Assembly (NCBI GenBank): GCA_043823745.1
Contig: JBDRAN010000044.1
Span: 853-64,852, forward strand
DNA from: Candidatus Omnitrophota bacterium
GTDB taxonomy: Bacteria; Omnitrophota; Gorgyraeia; Duberdicusellales; 4484-171
Length of the DNA stretch: 64,000 nucleotides
Direction: 5' to 3'
Shown here: in pieces, positions 7,890 to 16,445 of the stretch
Layout: each line of letters opens with the position of its first letter
Position numbering within the stretch: position 1 is the first letter of the stretch
Notes under the pieces: model-generated
Databases searched by the model: none
The model's input: the letters and a program-made list of their open reading frames with translations, nothing else
What the model was told of the DNA's origin: nothing
Program-made: the position numbers and the translations under genes

Positions 7890-10209
7890 GGCGTTCTAAA
7901 ACAATCTCCTCGCGTAAAAGATACATTACTTCTTCCAAATGTTTTTTGAAATCCTGATATTTCGCAAGCGGCACGAACCGTTCTTTTATAGCAAATTCCT
8001 GGTAAAAATCAAGAGATTTTCCGCCTACCCTGCACGAAGAAATAAACGTGAACCACTCGGTGTCAACCGTATGATTACGCGGTACATACTTGACGGCCAA
8101 CACGGGCGGAAGCGTAACGGTCAACCGGGTAATTTTGCGGGTAATCCCCTCAAGCTCGATAGGAAATACACGCGTCTCTTTGCTTACAAAACCAACATCA
8201 AAGCTGATATCGCCCAACGCAGAAAGAATACGCATGTTATCAGCCGGATTGAGCAGCTTTTGTGCATCAAACGAATACCGCACGGCCATTGGTTTATTAT
8301 AATCCTTCAGATTCTCAACGCTATAATCACGGAGTTTACCCGAAGGATTAATCTGAACAATACGATCCTTAAAACCATCTTCGATATTCTGAGGATGTGT
8401 ATTGGTAAAATAGAAACGCTGTGCGGCAGAAAAAGAACCGGTCGTGGTCACCGTGCGCGTAATGCGCGCGTTTTCGTCTGCATCGATATCCATCCGGGTA
8501 TCGTAGGTGACTTCGTTGGTTCTTATCAGAGGAGTTCGCGCAATCTGATGGCCCTCATCCATACACACGAGCACCAATCGATCCTGGTCACCCGAAGGCA
8601 AATCGCCGAACGATGTTGTAGACGAGGTGGTATCCATAAAGATTAATTGGCCCTCCAGTGAAAGGGCCGCTATGGCATGATTGAAATTTACCGTTGGGAA
8701 ATCTTCGTGAATTGCGTACACCTCACGCGTCGGGATTAAAACAGGGTATGCCGTAAAGCCCGCTTCTTTAAGCAGCGCGACGAGCAATGTTGCCTTATCC
8801 TTACAATCGCCGTAGCGATTAGCAAAGATATCGATTGCCCGATGTGGCTCGTAACCGCTATCACCATACTCGACTGCAACATATCTGATATCCCGGGCGC
8901 AGAATTCATAAATCGCCCGAGCTCTTGCACGCGCGTCCGGACAATCGCGAAGGAGCGTCGCAAGGAACTTTTTCATTTCATCGTTGAGCGCGATTTTATC
9001 TTTATAAAGATTGTACCACCACGCATATACTTGATTCCAAGAAGAAAAACTGGTAATACCGATTGCGGGATTGACTTTTGGAAGCGGTGGCATCCCGGTT
9101 TCCGGCAATATTGGGGCGATATTCTCGAAACTCCACGTGTAGACGGTTCCTTCGGATCCTTGAACCACGACAGGCTCAAGCGCTAAGCCGCCAGCATACT
9201 CCTGATTCCTTTGTTCGATTTGGACGGTTGTTTTCTTCGGTACACTGAGGCGAAACCGTGCGCGTGCCACCGGAAAACGCTCTCTGGCATGATAGAGAAG
9301 ACTAAAATTGCTTTTTGCGACCAGGCGCGAGGAATAGATTTTAGCTTTATATTCGATGATAGCGCCGGTATCAACCGACGGCATTGAAATGATCAGGGCG
9401 CGGGCATTGCTGTAGAGTGGAAAATTTAAGTACTTAGAGACATCGCGGATATTTTCTTTGCCCGCATATACGACACTTCCCTGCGACGTGATGGTACGGG
9501 CATATTCAAGCTCAACTCGCTCATCGGTTGAGTCATAACCGATCTCAACTTCGGCGAGCCCCTTGCCGCTCTCTCTGAGCACCTTTTGGACAATATAAAG
9601 CGTTGAAACAGCGGTATCGTCATCTTTAACTTCGATGGATTCGTCAGCCAAAACAATAACCGCTTCCTCCTTGGTGATAGCGGCAATAAACTGCTCTTTC
9701 TCAGCAAGAAGTGCGGCAAGCTCTGATGGAATTACTCCTTCGACCGAAATACCGATCTTAGCGATACGTTCACGGGCGGCTACGTCATAGGGCGGCTTGA
9801 CGTTACGATAGACGGCAATCGCTTTCGGGAAAAGATTCTTCTCTTCAAGCGTCGCGCCGTACAAATACATATACTCGCTATCATCAAGCTTCCCCACCTT
9901 TTCAAACACATTCAGCGCATCCGCGAAATCTTTAAGATGAAAAGCGGCCTTCGCGTACAGGGCGCGCAACGGCTGCGCGGTCAAACCTTCCGTTAACGCT
10001 TTGACCTTCTGATAATCATGAAAGCGCCAGAAAAATTGCGCCGCCTCCAAACGTATATCATCATTCGCGGGTTCGCGTGCGAGCCGTTCTTCGTAACGGG
10101 CGCACGCCCGCTGGTAAACAGAGAACGCGTCATGCCCCGAAGGATTACATGCGACAACAAAAAGAAACGCAACCAAGAAAATTTCAGGTACTCGATATTT
10201 TTTTTGCAT
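7882..10209 (-). CDS. Lipoprotein with TPR, DUF3857 and transglutaminase-like domains
   Basis: Lipobox VVAC after start MQKKY; IRYVAVEYG, GDCKDKA, FNHAI, FMDTT (Cys-His-Asp triad). Confidence 0.88.
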   Translation of the reverse strand: MQKKYRVPEIFLVAFLFVVACNPSGHDAFSVYQRACARYEERLAREPANDDIRLEAAQFFWRFHDYQKVKALTEGLTAQPLRALYAKAAFHLKDFADALNVFEKVGKLDDSEYMYLYGATLEEKNLFPKAIAVYRNVKPPYDVAARERIAKIGISVEGVIPSELAALLAEKEQFIAAITKEEAVIVLADESIEVKDDDTAVSTLYIVQKVLRESGKGLAEVEIGYDSTDERVELEYARTITSQGSVVYAGKENIRDVSKYLNFPLYSNARALIISMPSVDTGAIIEYKAKIYSSRLVAKSNFSLLYHARERFPVARARFRLSVPKKTTVQIEQRNQEYAGGLALEPVVVQGSEGTVYTWSFENIAPILPETGMPPLPKVNPAIGITSFSSWNQVYAWWYNLYKDKIALNDEMKKFLATLLRDCPDARARARAIYEFCARDIRYVAVEYGDSGYEPHRAIDIFANRYGDCKDKATLLVALLKEAGFTAYPVLIPTREVYAIHEDFPTVNFNHAIAALSLEGQLIFMDTTSSTTSFGDLPSGDQDRLVLVCMDEGHQIARTPLIRTNEVTYDTRMDIDADENARITRTVTTTGSFSAAQRFYFTNTHPQNIEDGFKDRIVQINPSGKLRDYSVENLKDYNKPMAVRYSFDAQKLLNPADNMRILSALGDISFDVGFVSKETRVFPIELEGITRKITRLTVTLPPVLAVKYVPRNHTVDTEWFTFISSCRVGGKSLDFYQEFAIKERFVPLAKYQDFKKHLEEVMYLLREEIVLERHG

Positions 10210-10237
10210 AGGAAGAATGTCCGTGGCAATACCGGAT

Positions 10238-10531
10238 TTACGCAATCAGGGCAAGAATATCCTTAATGATATCACCTTTCTTTATTCCTAAACGTCGCGC
10301 GGCAGGAGTCAATGAATGCACGCGCGCGCGCAGTGCATCCGCAATTGTGGCGACACCGGTAATTTTGACCGCAGCATCGTTACATTTACGTGCAACTGAG
10401 GTATTAAGATACCCGCACATAACATACCCGCGGCTACCCCGCAGCACAATAAGATTTTTACCTTGCAACGGAAATAAAAGCGCTTCTATCGTTTGCGATC
10501 CGGTTTTAATTTTTTTAGTGACCGCAAGCAT
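10238..10531 (-). CDS. yunC: YunC / DUF1805 family protein
   Basis: GYVMCGYLN, AVKITGV, ARRLGIKKG. Confidence 0.85.
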   Translation of the reverse strand: MLAVTKKIKTGSQTIEALLFPLQGKNLIVLRGSRGYVMCGYLNTSVARKCNDAAVKITGVATIADALRARVHSLTPAARRLGIKKGDIIKDILALIA

Positions 10532-10539
10532 ATTCAGGC

Positions 10540-11688
10540 CTATAGTTTTTTAAGAAAGCGTTCGATGCGCACAATCGCCTCTTTCAGGTTATCGAACGAT
10601 GTTGCGTATGACATACGGATATAGGAATCAAATTCCCTGCCGAATGCCGCCCCCGGCACAACCGCCACTTTTTCCTCAAAGAGTAACCGTTTAGCGAATT
10701 CGAGCGAACTTATCTTGAAATTCCCAATTGACGCAAAACAGTAAAACGCTCCCTGGGGCTTACTCAGCAAGAGCCGTAAGCGATTAAGTTCCCTGACCAT
10801 AAAATCGCGCCGGCGTTTATATTCAAGGCGCATCTGGCACACTTCACGTTGGGCTTTAAGTGCCTCCGTTGCGGCAACCTGAGAAACAATCGGAGCGCAC
10901 ATCATCGAAAACGAATGGATCTTAGTCATTGCGTCGATGATTTCTTTATTGGCGCAGGCGTATCCGATACGAAAACCGGTCATAGCGTAAGACTTCGAAA
11001 ACCCATTTAGCAAAATAGTCCTCTGGCGCGCGGCTGGCGCGAGCGTAGCAAACGGCGTGGGTTTACCTGCGTAATTAAGTTCATCGTAAACCTCGTCGCT
11101 GATAACAAGGGTGCAGCTTGGAGCAAGAACCTTCCAAAGCAACGCAAGTTCTTTTGCGGTATAGGTCGTGCCGGTCGGATTAGCCGGATTATTAAAAATA
11201 ATTGCCTTGGGGTTCTCACGAAGAAGCTTTTTTAACACGCTCGGATTAATTTTAAAGCCTTCGTCCTGCCTGGTAACAAGATACAAAACTTTCCCTCCAG
11301 AAATCTCGACGAGGGCCGGATATGCGACAAAATGGGGGCTGGCGACAATAACGGTATCGCCGGGTTCAATGATTGCCCGCAGCGCCAGGTCAAGCCCTTC
11401 GCTTACCCCAACCGTAACAAGAACTTCTTCTTCCGCATCATACGAAAGTGAATACTTCTTCTCAAGAAACGCAGCAATCGCGCGGCGCAAGACGAAAAGG
11501 CCTTTGTTGGATGTATACGATGTCATACCTTCTTCGAGCGCGGTGATCGCTTTCTCCCGCGCGCGCCACGGCGTGATAAAATCAGGCTCGCCCACGCCCA
11601 GAGAGATCACATCAGGCATTCCTAAGACCAGGTCGAAGAACTGCCGTATCCCGGAAGGAGCTAATTGTTCGATATGTTTTGCAATCAT
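10540..11688 (-). CDS. PLP-dependent aminotransferase class I/II (YugH/PatA-like)
   Basis: PSGIRQFFD, SLGVGEPDF, NNPANPTG, SDEVY, GFSKSYAMTGFRIG; start taken at MIAKH. Confidence 0.95.
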   Translation of the reverse strand: MIAKHIEQLAPSGIRQFFDLVLGMPDVISLGVGEPDFITPWRAREKAITALEEGMTSYTSNKGLFVLRRAIAAFLEKKYSLSYDAEEEVLVTVGVSEGLDLALRAIIEPGDTVIVASPHFVAYPALVEISGGKVLYLVTRQDEGFKINPSVLKKLLRENPKAIIFNNPANPTGTTYTAKELALLWKVLAPSCTLVISDEVYDELNYAGKPTPFATLAPAARQRTILLNGFSKSYAMTGFRIGYACANKEIIDAMTKIHSFSMMCAPIVSQVAATEALKAQREVCQMRLEYKRRRDFMVRELNRLRLLLSKPQGAFYCFASIGNFKISSLEFAKRLLFEEKVAVVPGAAFGREFDSYIRMSYATSFDNLKEAIVRIERFLKKL

Positions 11689-11704
11689 AATTATCAATAT
11701 TGGT

Positions 11705-11863
11705 AAGCTGCACGCTACAGGCTACAAGCTACATGCTTTTAGATTTTAAAACCTTGGTCTTGAGGCCCACGGTTTGTAGCTTATGGCTTTGGCTTGCGGC
11801 TTTCGCTACTGGAAGCGAAACCGTGCCCCTCTGGGCAAGACGCCAAACCACGGCCCTCTGGCC
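11705..11863. repeat. Inverted heptamer arrays plus small CTCT-loop palindromes
   Basis: AAGCTGC ACGCTAC AGGCTAC AAGCTAC ATGCTTT (11705-11739); opposed CTTGTAG-like array (11759-11802); hairpins TTTCGCT/AGCGAAA, TGCCC-CTCT-GGGCA, GGCC-CTCT-GGCC. Confidence 0.7.
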
Positions 11864-11866
11864 TGG

Positions 11867-12349
11867 CTAATACGTAATCGCCAAACGGCTGTCCTTTTCC
11901 TTTTCCGCTAAGATAACGCCGTCTTCCTTGTATTTCTTTAACATAAAATGCGTTACCGCGCCTTTCACTGAACTTAACGGTGCTAACTTCTCGGCAACGA
12001 AGCTTGCCACGGTATGAATATCCTTGCCCTCAACCAACAGAAGCAAATCGTATGTTCCCGACAACAGGTAACAACTGGTAACTTCCGGGAATTTATAGAT
12101 ACGTTGGGCCACATGGTCGAAACCAACGTCCTTCTGGGGGCTTACCCGCACCTCAATAAGCGCAACCACGCTGTTGCCGCTTTTGAGCTTTTCCTTATTA
12201 ATAACCGTTTTATACTTAACGATGATACCTTTCTTTTCGTATGCCTTAATTTCTTTTTCGATATCCTTTTTATTTTTTCCAGTTAATTTTGCAAGATCCT
12301 CAAGTGATACACGCGCGTTAGATTCCAAAATTTCTAGCATATCATCCAT
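11867..12349 (-). CDS. Lrp/AsnC family transcriptional regulator (YugG-like)
   Basis: Start MDDMLEILESNAR with SD GGAGG 6 nt upstream; HTH; LSGTYDL; THFMLKKYKEDG. Confidence 0.93.
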   Translation of the reverse strand: MDDMLEILESNARVSLEDLAKLTGKNKKDIEKEIKAYEKKGIIVKYKTVINKEKLKSGNSVVALIEVRVSPQKDVGFDHVAQRIYKFPEVTSCYLLSGTYDLLLLVEGKDIHTVASFVAEKLAPLSSVKGAVTHFMLKKYKEDGVILAEKEKDSRLAITY

Positions 12350-12360
12350 AATAATCCTCC

Positions 12361-12511
12361 TTGCCCAGAGGGGCAATACCGACGAAATACCATGAAGCGC
12401 CGGGTATAGCGCAGAAGCTTACACACCTTGCCTATCCTATAAGGCAAGGTGCCGGCCGTTCCAATGCGGCCGGGTATCGCGATATCTCATCGATAACCTT
12501 TCGAAACTATC
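12361..12511 (-). ncRNA. Candidate structured 5'-leader RNA (family not recognised)
   Basis: 12-bp closing stem with 3 G-U pairs enclosing three hairpins; extra hairpins at the 5' end and beside the SD; lies between promoter and start codon. Confidence 0.6.
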
Positions 12512-12514
12512 CTC

Positions 12515-12543
12515 ATTGTAAATAACAAACACCTTCTTGTAAA
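12515..12543 (-). promoter_or_regulatory. sigma70-type promoter of lrp-aminotransferase
   Basis: TTTACA-17 bp-TACAAT on the minus strand. Confidence 0.7.
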
Positions 12544-12554
12544 GAACAAACGCG

Positions 12555-13373
12555 TTAGGCGATTTCAATATCGAAAATACGGTTAATATTGATACGCCGG
12601 CTTTCGACTCCGGCGCCTTGATACCAAAGATAAAAGCTGTTGCGCTCCTGAAAAAAAATAAGCGGCCGTATCTTTTCGGTGCGCATCACATTTTCATCCG
12701 CAAAGTAACGAATCTTTAAATATATCTCTTTACTCATTGCCTCCTTAATCGCCACGATCTTAGGCTCCTCTTTCGAGCGAAACACCGTGTTATTGACCCC
12801 AAAAAGCGACACATAATCATCCGCCATCGTAAGATTACGCTCACGCAGCATATCCCGTAACTTCAGGAAAACCTGAAACGTAATCTGCGCATCGCTTATG
12901 GCGCGGTGAAAACCGCCTGCGGTATCAATGCCAAAAAATCGTGCTGCTGATTCAAGTTTATAACGCGTAAGCTTGACTGTCGTACGCGCCATGGAAAGAA
13001 TATCCATAGCCGGAAATTCAACCGCCACGCGGTTTTCACGCCAGGCTTGATGTTTAATAAAGCCTAAGTCGAACTCAGCGTTGTAAGCGCACACAATAGA
13101 ATCCTGCAAAAAATCCTGTACACCGTCAAAGACATCCCGAAAAGAAGGAGCGCTTTTAACATCCTGATCGGATATCTTATGAATCAGGTGCGCCTGCGGT
13201 GGAATACTTTTACCTGGATTAACGAGTGTCTGGAATTGTTTGACAATCGTATCCCCGCGGGTTCTCAGCGCTCCAATTTCGCAAATTGCGTCGCCCTCAA
13301 CAACATCAAGTCCCGTTGTCTCAAGATCAAGAAACACTAAATCAATATCGTCAATCGCACGCTTTAGATTCAT
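12555..13373 (-). CDS. DEDDh 3'-5' exonuclease (DnaQ-like) with C-terminal WYL-like domain
   Basis: DLETTG, YNAEFD, HRAISDA; tail IKEA...LKIRY...IRP...YL...RININRI. Confidence 0.85.
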   Translation of the reverse strand: MNLKRAIDDIDLVFLDLETTGLDVVEGDAICEIGALRTRGDTIVKQFQTLVNPGKSIPPQAHLIHKISDQDVKSAPSFRDVFDGVQDFLQDSIVCAYNAEFDLGFIKHQAWRENRVAVEFPAMDILSMARTTVKLTRYKLESAARFFGIDTAGGFHRAISDAQITFQVFLKLRDMLRERNLTMADDYVSLFGVNNTVFRSKEEPKIVAIKEAMSKEIYLKIRYFADENVMRTEKIRPLIFFQERNSFYLWYQGAGVESRRININRIFDIEIA

Positions 13374-13383
13374 ACCCGACGTT

Positions 13384-13794
13384 TTAACGCATAATTTTTA
13401 CTACTATAGTCCGTTCACGATGCCTGGTGTCAAAATCAATTAATACAATTTGCTGCCAGGTTCCCAAATCAGGCACACCCTTGGTGACTGAAACAAAAAA
13501 GTTTGTTTTTAAGAATGCACTGCGCAGGTGGGAATGAGCGTTATCGTCAGCCCAGGTGGCGTTATGCGCATAGTTTTCCCGGTGCAGCAGGAGCGCCTCG
13601 AACGTTAGCTTAAGATCGCCCATAAGGCCCGGCTCATACTCCATCGTCGTAAGGCCAGCGGTTGAACCAAGCACCGAAAGGAAAAGAATCCCATCGATGA
13701 TTGCCTCCGTACGGATGAGGTCTTGAATATCCGGCGTAATATTGAGAATATCGGTGTTACCGGCAGTATGTACAACGATAGAGCGCGTTTCCAT
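13384..13794 (-). CDS. yjbQ: YjbQ / UPF0047 family protein
   Basis: GSTAGLTTMEYEPG, NAHSHLRS, LGTWQQIVLIDFD. Confidence 0.92.
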   Translation of the reverse strand: METRSIVVHTAGNTDILNITPDIQDLIRTEAIIDGILFLSVLGSTAGLTTMEYEPGLMGDLKLTFEALLLHRENYAHNATWADDNAHSHLRSAFLKTNFFVSVTKGVPDLGTWQQIVLIDFDTRHRERTIVVKIMR

Positions 13795-13803
13795 GAGAGC
13801 CGA

Positions 13804-14124
13804 TTACTTAACAATACTCCCGGGAAGCATATCCCGTTGCGTAGTAAGAATACTCAACGTATCGGCTGATTTAGCGGCAAGCAGCATCCCTTCAGAGACG
13901 ACACCCCTGATTTCCCGAGGCTCAAGGTTTACTAGAATGATGGCAAGTTTTCCTATAAGTTCTTCAGGAGCGTACGCCGGGCGGATCCCTGCGACCAGCG
14001 AAACAGTTTTTTCACCAATGTCAACCTTTAAACAATAAAGCTTATCGGCGTTGGGATGATTGACCGCCTCAAGGATCTTCCCAACACGCAAATCAAGTTT
14101 TGTAAAATCATCGTAACCGACCAT
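13804..14124 (-). CDS. Stand-alone tRNA-binding OB domain (MetRS C-terminal / Trbp111 / CsaA-like)
   Basis: DFTKLDLRVGKI, HPNADKL, VNLEPR..RGVVSEGMLLAA; SD GGAGG. Confidence 0.92.
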   Translation of the reverse strand: MVGYDDFTKLDLRVGKILEAVNHPNADKLYCLKVDIGEKTVSLVAGIRPAYAPEELIGKLAIILVNLEPREIRGVVSEGMLLAAKSADTLSILTTQRDMLPGSIVK

Positions 14125-14184
14125 AAATCCTCCCTATCGTTACCGTACCGACGAGCAGTCACAAACCTGCTAGCATTCTAACAA

Positions 14185-15150
14185 TCATTGCCAGGAAAGC
14201 AACTCTTTTACTTCCCACCATATGACATACCCGCATTCGACCTTTTTGATGCGCGCAGGCGGGGAAACCCGAACCGTAAAATCATCGAGATAAACCGTTT
14301 TTGGAAAGCTGTCAATAACCGCTTGGTACACCGCATATTCTCCAACTTCATCAAGCTTCTCGAGCGGTCCAATCAATGTTTTCTGGCGATATAATTGTGG
14401 CTCGGCGCCGTGAGAATCTATGTATACGCGCAAACGAATCGGAATATGCTCATGCGGAAATTGTTGTGCTTTCAGATCAAACTGTTGTGCATCAACGGGA
14501 AAGGTATAGGAAATCACATGCGCATCTCTGGCAAACTCAAGGCCCTCGGGCTTACGCGGGTTGGCATCAACCTGCTCAAAAAGCACATGCCTATCCAGCA
14601 TATACCGGGAGAAAGTCATCATCAAATAGGCAAAACCCAACGATGGCTGCTCATTGTAAAAATAATAGTCGCTGAGATAGAAATACGGCAGGTAATCTTG
14701 AGGGTATAGCGCGCGCGCCGCCTCTAAATACTTTCCCGCCTTCTGCATATCGCGCTGGTTGAGACAGAACCGTCCTGCTTGAAGATGATACACATAATCA
14801 AGTGGGTTAAGCTGCACCGCTTTTTCATACAGTGCTTCTATCGTCTGCGCATCGTATTCGTTAACGGACGGAGCGGTCTCACGAATTTCATTCCAGAGAT
14901 AATCGGCTTTCCTCAGATAATTCAACGCATTATCGGGTTGCGCTAATAATGCTTCCTGTGCGGACGCTTGCGCGTGGCGATAATACCGCTGTTTTTCAGA
15001 GGCAAGCGTTGGTATCGAAACGCCAATCTGTTGCAATGCCAGCTCCGCGCGCACCGAAGCAAGAAGAAATAAAAGGCACAGCAGAATCACCACCGCGGCA
15101 ATTCCTACGGCCACGCGTAATGTTGTTGCGTTTAACTCTTTTTCTTTCAT
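14185..15150 (-). CDS. Membrane-anchored TPR protein
   Basis: N-terminal TM; TPR-like YEKAVQLNPL and AARALYP; ATGA-coupled to upstream ligase-like gene. Confidence 0.78.
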   Translation of the reverse strand: MKEKELNATTLRVAVGIAAVVILLCLLFLLASVRAELALQQIGVSIPTLASEKQRYYRHAQASAQEALLAQPDNALNYLRKADYLWNEIRETAPSVNEYDAQTIEALYEKAVQLNPLDYVYHLQAGRFCLNQRDMQKAGKYLEAARALYPQDYLPYFYLSDYYFYNEQPSLGFAYLMMTFSRYMLDRHVLFEQVDANPRKPEGLEFARDAHVISYTFPVDAQQFDLKAQQFPHEHIPIRLRVYIDSHGAEPQLYRQKTLIGPLEKLDEVGEYAVYQAVIDSFPKTVYLDDFTVRVSPPARIKKVECGYVIWWEVKELLSWQ

Positions 15151-16445
15151 TGCTCAAAGTGAGTATGGGCGCACTTATATGTCACCCCCAGTAACAACCA
15201 AAACAAAAAGCATATCGCCGGTATATGAAAATTAAAATCAAAGAAGCTGTGCAGCAGAACCCCCAACAAACCGCATGCACCACCGGCAACCACACCTAAT
15301 ACAAAAGGGTCGTGCCGTTGCGCAAGCTGCTTAAAAAGTGAGTGAAATATCAAAATTAGGAAATAGAAATAACAGCCTGCGGTGATTACTCCTGTTTCAA
15401 GGACAAGCTGAAAATGGTCATTGTGGAGATAGTACCAAAACGAAGGCGATAAGGAGCTCCGGTACATTGTGAAAATGTGATGAAAATTACCCAATCCTAC
15501 TCCCCATAAGGGGAAATCTTTCGCAACTGCGCTTGCATCGCGAAGCACGAGCAATCTCCTCCCCATTGCCATACCGTTTATCAAAAAACGCTCCTTTAGC
15601 GGTTCAAGACCGACAATACCCATCAAGACGACACCGGCGGCGAGGCCGGCAAAGACAACCCACGCCTTTCTTCTAATAACATCATAATGCTGTAACAATA
15701 TAAAGATACCGCAGAGTGCGCTGATAACACTCAATGCTCCTCCTCGTGAACCGGAAAGAAAAATGCTCGCGCAGATGAGGGCTCCCAGAAATAAAAAAAG
15801 AATTTTTTTGAAACGATCCGTACAGGAAATTGCATAGCCTACCGCTAAGGGCGCAACCATCACCATGTAGGCGGCGAAATGATTACGGTTACCAAAGACG
15901 CTAAAAGAATCTGTTAATGTTTTTTCCAAGATTAGATATTTCCGAACAAGGCCATAAAGACATAAAAGTGCTGCCCAGGCAATAATGAAACTACAGAGCC
16001 GTTCGAATTGTTTTTTTCTCACAATCCCGTTCAGTACCATAAAAAAAAGCCCCACAAAACAAACGTACTGCACTAATTCATTCTTAGTATTGAAAGAATA
16101 AATACTCAACGTATGGAGCTGAGTTTGAAAATTATCCGGGCCGTAGTGCTGATAAAGATATGCTGTCTTTGGCGAAAGGGCTGTGAGCAAAGAATTGGGT
16201 AAGGGGACTATTTGTAGCAGAAGTAAGCCGAAAAATATCATGAGAGCAATAATCGCGGCGGGAAATATGATCGTGGGGCGCAACGATACCGCCAGCTTAA
16301 CCAGGAAACCCGCCATCAATAGGAGAATAGCGATTTCAAGGAGGTATCGCGGTAAGGGCAAAAGCGAACCATAAAAAAGAGGGCTTACGATAATGAGGAG
16401 AATGAGGCAAGCCTCAACAAAGTAAGAGAATATCTTTTCTGTCAT
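15147..16445 (-). CDS. O-antigen ligase / Wzy_C family protein
   Basis: Multi-TM; GNRNHFA, SGSRGG, GVGLGNF, HNDHFQ..LETG, HSFFDFNFH. Confidence 0.9.
   Translation of the reverse strand: MTEKIFSYFVEACLILLIIVSPLFYGSLLPLPRYLLEIAILLLMAGFLVKLAVSLRPTIIFPAAIIALMIFFGLLLLQIVPLPNSLLTALSPKTAYLYQHYGPDNFQTQLHTLSIYSFNTKNELVQYVCFVGLFFMVLNGIVRKKQFERLCSFIIAWAALLCLYGLVRKYLILEKTLTDSFSVFGNRNHFAAYMVMVAPLAVGYAISCTDRFKKILFLFLGALICASIFLSGSRGGALSVISALCGIFILLQHYDVIRRKAWVVFAGLAAGVVLMGIVGLEPLKERFLINGMAMGRRLLVLRDASAVAKDFPLWGVGLGNFHHIFTMYRSSLSPSFWYYLHNDHFQLVLETGVITAGCYFYFLILIFHSLFKQLAQRHDPFVLGVVAGGACGLLGVLLHSFFDFNFHIPAICFLFWLLLGVTYKCAHTHFEQ

Noticed and set aside
6402-8646. Long plus-strand ORFs (279 aa, 235 aa) and the many similar antisense ORFs across the window
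   Set aside because: They lie opposite well-supported genes and show no motifs; treated as shadow ORFs.
12380-12492. SAM-I riboswitch or tRNA as identity of the leader
   Set aside because: Four-way shape and GGCACC...GGUG are suggestive, but AUC-AGAG, the kink-turn, GCAACC and the closing GAU are absent. There is no T-loop or D-loop consensus and no CCA end for a tRNA.
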